In this document: one piece after another, positions 57,124 through 64,000 of the stretch
Layout of the letters: every line of letters begins with the position of its first letter
Numbering within the stretch: the first letter of the stretch is position 1
DNA from: Promethearchaeota archaeon
GTDB taxonomy: Archaea > Asgardarchaeota > Lokiarchaeia > Sigyniarchaeales > SOKP01
Assembly: GCA_048938005.1 (NCBI GenBank)
Contig: JBHLMQ010000001.1
Location: 64,001 to 128,000 of the forward strand
Direction: 5' to 3'
DNA length: 64,000 bases
Notes under the pieces: generated by a model
What the model was told of the DNA's origin: nothing
The model's database searches: none
What the model saw: only the letters and a program-made list of their open reading frames with translations
Position numbers and translations under genes: made by a program

Positions 57124-57699
57124 TTATTTCAATGGAACATATTTTGAACTTCTTGTGGCTCCAATCCCTGGTGATCCATGTTGGACTCTTTTTCTGGTCA
57201 AAGAAAACTCCCCAAGATATTTTCCAATCATTTCAGGTTTAATCTCAACCGTTTCAAAGATCCTCCCGTTGTATACTCCAATTTTGAGCCCAACCATCTC
57301 TGGAAAAATGATCATATCGCGTACATGTGTACGAGTCAATAGATCTTTCCCACGTTTTTTAGCACGATAAGCCCTTCTTAATCTTTCAAGCAATTTTTTT
57401 TGTCTTGGTGGTAATCCTCTTTTCAAAGAACGTCTAGATCTGGCTGGTAATAATTGAATGAATTGATCCATATTCATTTTCTTCAATTCATCTAAGGTAT
57501 GCCCTCTATATTTGAATCTTAGTCGGTCTAACTCTGCTTCAGTATCCAGTTCTTCTTTTTCCTCCAATTCTTCTTCTAGTTCTTCTTCTATTTCAGTTTC
57601 TATCTCTTTCTCTGAATCTAAATCTTTTTCTGAATCATTCTCAGACTCTTCATCCATTTTTTCTGATATTTTTTCATCAGATTGTTCATCCGGAGCCAT
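57124..57699 (-). CDS. rps19: 30S ribosomal protein uS19 with long acidic N-terminal extension
   Basis: [38 protein letters not shown]. Confidence 0.96.
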   Translation of the reverse strand: MAPDEQSDEKISEKMDEESENDSEKDLDSEKEIETEIEEELEEELEEKEELDTEAELDRLRFKYRGHTLDELKKMNMDQFIQLLPARSRRSLKRGLPPRQKKLLERLRRAYRAKKRGKDLLTRTHVRDMIIFPEMVGLKIGVYNGRIFETVEIKPEMIGKYLGEFSLTRKRVQHGSPGIGATRSSKYVPLK

Positions 57700-57926
57700 T
57701 TTTTAACCAATCTGCTTATTCCATTTATTAAATTCTGTAAATTTTTTCCTATATAACTTATTGCGGTAAGGTTTGTAGTGTTACATTAATTTTAACTTTT
57801 AGGTTAAGCTAGCAAAAATCATAAAACTTATAAGTGTTAGATGTAATTTTAAAGAAAATCTCACCTATCTAAATATCTCAAATTACAAGCTGCTTTTTGT
57901 ACGCTTTTTTCATGATTAAAAAAAAC

Positions 57927-58604
57927 TTATTCGTAATAATTTGGATTATAAACTCGTTCTATATCATTCTCATCAAATCTTCCATTCCATCTTTCTTTAA
58001 CTAACACAAATTTATTTCTTTCTTTATTGGGATTAATAATAGAATGGTAAGTATTTATAAGGTTTTGAAATGTTGTTTTAGATTCAACAAAATAATGCAC
58101 TTTATTCCCATTGATAATAATAGGTTTACCCTCCAAAATTTCCCAGAACTCATTTCTATATTTATGAGTTTGAATTGAAAGACCAAACTCTGGTCGAATA
58201 AAAATTAAATTATAATCTGGGTAAGTAAATTTAAAGCTATACCACTTCGGAAGTGTATCAGTATATCCTTTGGGGATATTATATTTTTTTTTAAATAATT
58301 CTGGTTTAAGATTAATCTTCTTTGAAGATTCGTATTTATAAGGATGATAAATTATTTTATAACGTGAAATATCTCGATTATAATGAATATTTAGTACATC
58401 TTTTCCAATATTTATTATCATGTAATAAGAGTTAGGTTTAATTTTTAAATCTGAGTTTGAAATTTCTTCAGTTAGAAAAGATGTCCCATTGATTAGAAAA
58501 ATATCTTCATAATTTTTTTTATTTATATCGATTTTTAATTCATGGGAATTTGTCTTTCTCATTAATGTACCTCTATGAACAGGAAGTTTTTCTTTTTCCA
58601 ACAT
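57927..58604 (-). CDS. Cupin protein, type II mannose-6-phosphate isomerase-like
   Basis: PKW, LSIQTHKYRNEFW, YHSI, FDENDIERV. Confidence 0.7.
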   Translation of the reverse strand: MLEKEKLPVHRGTLMRKTNSHELKIDINKKNYEDIFLINGTSFLTEEISNSDLKIKPNSYYMIINIGKDVLNIHYNRDISRYKIIYHPYKYESSKKINLKPELFKKKYNIPKGYTDTLPKWYSFKFTYPDYNLIFIRPEFGLSIQTHKYRNEFWEILEGKPIIINGNKVHYFVESKTTFQNLINTYHSIINPNKERNKFVLVKERWNGRFDENDIERVYNPNYYE

Positions 58605-58615
58605 ATTCCCTCTTT

Positions 58616-59584
58616 TTAATCAATATATCCATTTAAATCTTTTAGTCTATTTTTAATTTCTTTCAAAAATGGCATCGATGCTTGAGCTCCTTTTCTAGTA
58701 ACAGCAATAGAAGCAGCTATAGTTGCATATTTAACAGCATCTAAGATTGATCTGCCTCTACTCAACATACTTGCTAAGACACCTATAAAACAGTCTCCTG
58801 CTCCCACAGTATCTACAGTTTTAACTTTAGGAGCAGGTACTTCGAAAAAATTATTTTCCTTTCCATCAAAAATTATAGATCCTTTACTTCCCAAAGTGGT
58901 TATAATATATTTTATACCTAAACGAGCAATATCTTCTGAAGTATGAATAATTTTTTGTTTTCCCTCTTTAATTGAATCTTTGAAACCTAATAATGAATGC
59001 AAATGAAAAAGTTCACCTTCGTTTGGAACTATGACATCTACTTTATTTAAAATTTCTTGTGGAATTGGTTTCAATGGGGCAGGATTTAAAATCTTAATAA
59101 CATTTCCTTTAGAAGCTATTGAAAATACATATTGAATTGTTTCAATTGGTATTTCCATCTGAACTACTAATGAAGTTGCATTTTCGATTATTTCTGTTTT
59201 AGAACTTATATCATTGGGATTAAGTTTAGAATTAGCTCCTGGTGCTACACTTATCATATTTTCACCAGTTTCATCAATTAATATAAAAGCCACTCCACTT
59301 GGTTCTTGAGGATCTCTAATAACATAGTCCATATTAATACCCTCATCTCTTAATCGAGAAACCATCTGATCACCAAATAAATCAAGTCCAATCTTCCCTA
59401 TGAAAATAGTCCTAGCTCCTGATCTCACAGACGCAACTGCTTGATTTGCCCCTTTCCCTCCTAAAAATTGTTTAAAAGTGCCTCCTGTGACAGTTTCTCC
59501 TGGATTTGGAAATCTTTTTGAATAGATGTTTAAATCCATATTACTTGATCCGATAATAACAACATATTCAGTTTCTCCAGGCAT
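58616..59584 (-). CDS. rbsK: Ribokinase (PfkB family)
   Basis: GSSNMDL, GGKGANQA, LNPAP, PNEGE, DTVGAGDCF. Confidence 0.93.
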   Translation of the reverse strand: MPGETEYVVIIGSSNMDLNIYSKRFPNPGETVTGGTFKQFLGGKGANQAVASVRSGARTIFIGKIGLDLFGDQMVSRLRDEGINMDYVIRDPQEPSGVAFILIDETGENMISVAPGANSKLNPNDISSKTEIIENATSLVVQMEIPIETIQYVFSIASKGNVIKILNPAPLKPIPQEILNKVDVIVPNEGELFHLHSLLGFKDSIKEGKQKIIHTSEDIARLGIKYIITTLGSKGSIIFDGKENNFFEVPAPKVKTVDTVGAGDCFIGVLASMLSRGRSILDAVKYATIAASIAVTRKGAQASMPFLKEIKNRLKDLNGYID

Positions 59585-59813
59585 AAATTCGGCACTAAAT
59601 TTTAACGAGTGTTTTAATTATTATTATTCCTATATTGTCTATTTGTGGAACATCTTAATATTTTATTTTCTATCCAATAGTTTCGATCGAATAGTTTTAA
59701 TTGAATAATTTTTTAAAAAATAATATTAAGCAAAATTTACATGCTAACATATTCAGAATTAATCTTATTAAAATAATAAAAATAAAAAAGAGAAATTTTA
59801 AAAGGTTATAACT

Positions 59814-60143
59814 ATGGCTAAGGATAAGATTATTGGCGCAATTGTAATGATCATTGGGATATTTATCGCTATCATTTATACATTAGGATCTATTGTAGAT
59901 CTCTACATGGTAAAGGTTTTAAACATTGGGGGTGGACTTGATCTTACATCTAGCTGGTTTTTTGGATTGGATATACTAAGTTGGGAACTTATGGTAGTTT
60001 TACCAATGTGGCTTTTAATAATTTTAATTTCTATTATAGCTATTTGGATTGGATACAGTATGTTAACCACACCAGCACCAGTTCCACTTGAAGAATTGGA
60101 AGAGGAGCTAGCCGCTGAAGAGGAAGCGGAAGAATCTGATTAA
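59814..60143 (+). CDS. Two-TM membrane protein with acidic tail
   Basis: DKIIGA, WIGYSMLTTPAPVPLEELE. Confidence 0.75.
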   Translation: MAKDKIIGAIVMIIGIFIAIIYTLGSIVDLYMVKVLNIGGGLDLTSSWFFGLDILSWELMVVLPMWLLIILISIIAIWIGYSMLTTPAPVPLEELEEELAAEEEAEESD

Positions 60144-60279
60144 ATAACTCTTATATTTAAATTTTTATTTTTTTCATTTTTCGGCATTCTTTTTTTTTAC
60201 TTAAAATGGATTGTTTCAATTATATCACCTCAATTTTTTAATGATTTTCACAAATTTTACTATAAATTTCTTTATAAAT

Positions 60280-61473
60280 CTAAAATTCATCCAATATGTA
60301 AGCAAAAATTCTCCCATCATCATGACAACTAAATAAAAATCTATTTTCTATAAGGAATTGAATTTTGTTTATACATGAATAATGATTTTTATTAAAAAGG
60401 ATTTTTCCTATTTGTTCTTCGATAATAATGAGCTCCCCTTTAGTTGTACCAACAAGAATAAGAGACATGTCAGGAATTTCTATAAATTTCAGAAATTCAA
60501 TATTGTATCCTTTTAATTCCCATTTTACATCGAGAAATTCATTTAGACAGATGAGTTTTGAAGTAAATTTTACATTCTCAATCGGTATTGAGTTATCAAA
60601 ATAAGCAAACGAATAAGTACTTACAATCGCATTATTGAAAATTTGAAATGGGTATGATATACATTTCCATACAGAGTCATTGAATTCCTTGGTTTTAAGT
60701 TCTTTTTGTGTCTTTTTATTTATGAAATGTAATCTCATATCATCGCCACCACATAATATAACTAATCCATCAATTGAATTTATATACGAAATACATCGCA
60801 TCTTATTAGAAAATCTTTTAAACCACAATAGTTTTCCATTATTTCCATCAAAATTTCTGATTGTTCCATCATTTCCACATGCTAATATTTCTTTTTTATT
60901 TAGGTTTTTATCATCTAAGAAAACAATCGCATCACCAATTCCCTCTTCAAAAATTTGCCCCCATACTAAATTACCATCTAATGGATTTAAGGTTCTCATA
61001 GTTTTATCAAGTGAAAACGCGATTAATTCATCTAAATTATCATTATTTATATCATCAATAAGGATTCCACTAAGTGAAGCACCAAATTTATGGTTCCAGA
61101 AAGGATTCAAACTATATGTAATGTTAGGTTTAAATACTCTTAATATACCATCCATTCCACCCAAAATTAATTCATTTTCACCATCTTTATCAATATCATA
61201 TATTCTTGAGTGCCAAATTGGAGAACCTTTCGAAATCAGTTCTTTATATAATAATTTACCTTTTAAAGAAATGATTAATACCATTCCACCTTTTGTAATA
61301 GCAATGATCTCTATCTGCCCGTTATTATTAATATCACCTAATTCAATACCTAGAATAGGTTCATTATATTTGAAATTCCAGAGTTCTTTAACTTTCAAGG
61401 TGATTTGATAATTTGATATTAAAAGATTTGCTATAGTTTTAAAGAAGTACAAATAGTTGATAACTTTTCTCAA
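60280..61473 (-). CDS. Beta-propeller protein with FG-GAP/VCBS-like repeats (start uncertain)
   Basis: DINNNGQIEI, DIDKDGENELILGGMDG, DINNDNLDEL, CGNDGTIR repeats. Confidence 0.8.
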   Translation of the reverse strand: MRKVINYLYFFKTIANLLISNYQITLKVKELWNFKYNEPILGIELGDINNNGQIEIIAITKGGMVLIISLKGKLLYKELISKGSPIWHSRIYDIDKDGENELILGGMDGILRVFKPNITYSLNPFWNHKFGASLSGILIDDINNDNLDELIAFSLDKTMRTLNPLDGNLVWGQIFEEGIGDAIVFLDDKNLNKKEILACGNDGTIRNFDGNNGKLLWFKRFSNKMRCISYINSIDGLVILCGGDDMRLHFINKKTQKELKTKEFNDSVWKCISYPFQIFNNAIVSTYSFAYFDNSIPIENVKFTSKLICLNEFLDVKWELKGYNIEFLKFIEIPDMSLILVGTTKGELIIIEEQIGKILFNKNHYSCINKIQFLIENRFLFSCHDDGRIFAYILDEF

Positions 61474-61575
61474 TAAAAACGAAATTTATATTTTTTATTT
61501 TATTATCAAATATAGGATTATTATAAAATAATCAAAATTTAGAAAATATAAATAATAATTGAAAGGAGAAAAAAA

Positions 61576-61773
61576 ATGTCTTTTGACATTAAAATTGATA
61601 TGGATGCTTGTACTGGTTGTGGCACTTGTTACGAGGTGTGCCCTAGTGAATGTTTTGGGGAACCAGAGGGGGACAAGGTTAACGTTATTGAAGAAAACAG
61701 AGAAGATTGCACAGGATGTCGAGCATGCGAAACTCAATGTCCTGAGGAAGCCATAGAAATTATCGAGAATTAG
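61576..61773 (+). CDS. 2[4Fe-4S] ferredoxin, copy 1
   Basis: CTGCGTCYEVCP and CTGCRACETQCP; SD AAGGAG. Confidence 0.95.
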   Translation: MSFDIKIDMDACTGCGTCYEVCPSECFGEPEGDKVNVIEENREDCTGCRACETQCPEEAIEIIEN

Positions 61774-61963
61774 ATTACATCTTAACTTTTTTCTTTTTTT
61801 TATTCTAAGAATAATAACTCTTCTATTATAATCAAAATATATATCTTATTTACGTTTAAAAGTTCATTTTAAAAGTTTTTTTTCTAATATAAAAATGAAA
61901 TTTAAATCATTTACTTAATTTATTATGAATAGACAATATTAAGATGTGATAAGGTTAAGTAAT

Positions 61964-62161
61964 ATGTCTTTTGAGATTAAAATTGATATGGATGCTTGTT
62001 CTGGTTGCGGCACTTGTTACGAAGTATGCCCGAGTGAATGTTTTGGAGAACCAGAGGGGGACAAGGTTAATGTTATTGAAGAAAATAGAGAAGATTGTGT
62101 AGGTTGTAGGGCATGCGAGACTCAATGTCCTGAAGAGGCAATCGAAATAATAGAAAATTAG
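61964..62161 (+). CDS. 2[4Fe-4S] ferredoxin, copy 2
   Basis: Same length as copy 1 with three amino-acid differences. Confidence 0.95.
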   Translation: MSFEIKIDMDACSGCGTCYEVCPSECFGEPEGDKVNVIEENREDCVGCRACETQCPEEAIEIIEN

Positions 62162-62263
62162 GATTCAAGAATAAACTAATTTGATACTTATTTTTTTTTA
62201 TTTTTTTGTTTAAAAAAAGCTTTTTTATGAAAGTATTGATTTCTTTTAAGGTATTTCTATAAA

Positions 62264-63547
62264 TTAAAAATCTGCGCAAAGAAAAACTATTATTTCTTTG
62301 ATTAAAGTCTTAATATCTCTTATTCTTACAAATTCATTTACTCCATGTGTATTTGAAATTGCAGATTCTACTCCTGTAAAAATTACATCATCTGAGTTTA
62401 AAATCTGAGCAATATATCCCATATCTGACGATTCAGCAGTTCCAATTGTTTGGATATCATCCTCTTTTATATTCTCTACTAATGAAATTGTTTTTTTCCA
62501 TCGTTTTATGCTTGAAGTTTCAGGATTTATTTTTAAAGGGGGATTATCATAATTAAATGTTGTATTAACTTGTAAAGCTTTGCTTTGAGCTTTTCCTCTT
62601 TCAATAGCTTCTAATAATTCCTGTTTGACTTCTTCATAGTCCTCGTCAGGAATAATTCGACGATTTATGATTAATTGGCAATATCCAGGAATAATATTTT
62701 CCTTTTCCCCGGATTTTATGATAACAAGACTGAACATTGGTCTTAAGTTTTTGTGAGTTCTCTCTCTTGGATCTCCTGGGATATCTTTGCTCCTTCGCTT
62801 TTCGACAATTTTTTTTAATTTCATAAGTTCGTTTAAGATTGGAATCATTTCTTCTAAAGCATTAATACCAAGAAAATTTCTTCCAGAATGACTACTTTTT
62901 CCTATGGTTTCAATAATAACATTTAAATCACCAGCAGTACCTATAGCAATTAAAGGAATTATTACTCCATCCATGCAAAACATAGTTCCATTGATATAAC
63001 CTTTTTCTGCTAGGTAACGGACTCCTGGATATACTCCAACTTCTTCATCGGTGCAATTCAAAACTTCGATATTAAATTTCGGTCGTAGGTTTAATTTATT
63101 AATTAATTGTAATGCTAAAATCAAGCACGCCATACTGCCTTTCATATCAGCTGTGCCACGCCCATAAATTCTTCCACTTTTTGTTAATGTAGCTTCAAAA
63201 GGATGATAACGCCATTTTTTCTCTCCTTTATCAAATGCAGGAACAACATCCATATGTCCATAAAAAGTGATAAAAGCTTTCTGATTATAGTCTTTAGTAG
63301 CAACAAGATTTATTCGAGGGCCATTTAGAGGATAAGGAATCTGTTTAATAATTTCTTCTGGAACTATTATTTCTCTCAGTGAAAATCCTAATTCTCTAAA
63401 ATATGGTGAAATGGCGTCGATATATTCTCGATAGGAATTACCAGGAGGTACAGATGTATCAATTCTAATTAATGTTCTCATTAATTCCATGATACAATCC
63501 AAATCTAGACTTTCCACAGCCTCAAGAATTTTATTTAGATTAACCAT
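62264..63547 (-). CDS. M20 family ArgE/DapE-like deacylase
   Basis: GHMDVVP, YGRGTADMKG, DEE, GKSSH, NIIP, HGVNE. Confidence 0.93.
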   Translation of the reverse strand: MVNLNKILEAVESLDLDCIMELMRTLIRIDTSVPPGNSYREYIDAISPYFRELGFSLREIIVPEEIIKQIPYPLNGPRINLVATKDYNQKAFITFYGHMDVVPAFDKGEKKWRYHPFEATLTKSGRIYGRGTADMKGSMACLILALQLINKLNLRPKFNIEVLNCTDEEVGVYPGVRYLAEKGYINGTMFCMDGVIIPLIAIGTAGDLNVIIETIGKSSHSGRNFLGINALEEMIPILNELMKLKKIVEKRRSKDIPGDPRERTHKNLRPMFSLVIIKSGEKENIIPGYCQLIINRRIIPDEDYEEVKQELLEAIERGKAQSKALQVNTTFNYDNPPLKINPETSSIKRWKKTISLVENIKEDDIQTIGTAESSDMGYIAQILNSDDVIFTGVESAISNTHGVNEFVRIRDIKTLIKEIIVFLCADF

Positions 63548-63663
63548 TTTTCCAATAATATTGTATTTTTGTTACTTAGAATAAAGTTGAATATTATAAA
63601 ATTTGCTCCAAAAACAAGATATAATAAATTATTAAGGATCTTTAATAGTAAAGTAATGAGAAT

Positions 63664-63999
63664 TTACCATAATAATATTCGACCACATTTCTTACATGTT
63701 CCTTCATTAATTTGTGAATTAAGACAATTTTCATGGTATGTGGCCTTACAAGTTTGACACATATAAATTTTTCCCTTATATTCAGTAAAATCGTATCCAC
63801 AATAAATACATTCAATAGTATAGGAGAAATTAGGGCTATTCACATTTGCTTCAGTTATTTGGGAGGTTTCTGTTAAACTACTCCCTCCAGTAGCAGGTGT
63901 TAAGTAATTAGTTTGTTGAGGTGGTGATACCCATTGTTCTTCTAAGGGAGGTTGATATTGTTGGTGAGGTTGAGGCGATTGCCAATTAGAAACATATCC
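63664..63999 (-). CDS. C-terminal fragment of a protein with P/Q-rich linker and C4HC3 RING/PHD-type Zn finger (gene starts beyond the window)
   Basis: ...QSPQPHQQYQPP...CIYCGYDFTEYKGKIYMCQTCKATYHENCLNSQINEGTCKKCGRILLW*. Confidence 0.8.
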   Translation of the reverse strand, partial: GYVSNWQSPQPHQQYQPPLEEQWVSPPQQTNYLTPATGGSSLTETSQITEANVNSPNFSYTIECIYCGYDFTEYKGKIYMCQTCKATYHENCLNSQINEGTCKKCGRILLW

Positions 64000-64000
64000 A

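Noticed and set aside
1546-63757. Many short ORF-track entries antisense to or overlapping real genes (e.g. 2496-2738, 6961-7212, 22193-22588, 31022-31522, 46661-46897, 60680-61408, 61559-61756, 63569-63757)
   Set aside because: Shadow frames of well-supported genes, with Ser/Phe/Ile-rich composition and no motifs.
1-64000. CRISPR arrays, rRNA genes, transposases or integrases
   Set aside because: No regularly spaced direct repeats, no long GC-rich structural RNA and no DDE or tyrosine-recombinase motifs were seen.

Overview
AT-rich archaeal chromosomal segment, very probably from an Asgard archaeon of the Lokiarchaeia type. Evidence: archaeal ribosomal proteins (S4e, L32e, L19e, L14e, L34e, P0/P1), a Vps28-like protein, a Roadblock/LC7 protein, a Yip1-like protein, EMC3/TMCO1 and a selenocysteine apparatus (tRNA-Sec next to SepSecS, plus SelB). 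The window is mostly housekeeping: a split S10/spc ribosomal cluster, L11-L1-P0-P1, secY, shikimate genes, adk/tmk/cmk and three tRNAs. The top finding is an unannotated 56-aa Zn-ribbon gene (15471-15670) interrupted by a 29-nt insert that folds into a bulge-helix-bulge-type splice motif. Cutting at the standard endonuclease positions recreates an ATG codon, removes a premature TGA and restores the frame and the second CxxC, so this is a candidate tRNA-type mRNA intron. Other notable items: at least four genes apparently starting at Ile codons (ATT/ATA) behind SD motifs, an intron-containing tRNA-Ile(UAU), a two-intron tRNA-Ser, an inverted-repeat-bounded 1.9-kb cassette with a pseudogene, three tandem LITAF-like proteins and a partial C4HC3 RING/PHD protein. 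All calls come from reading the sequence; no searches were run.
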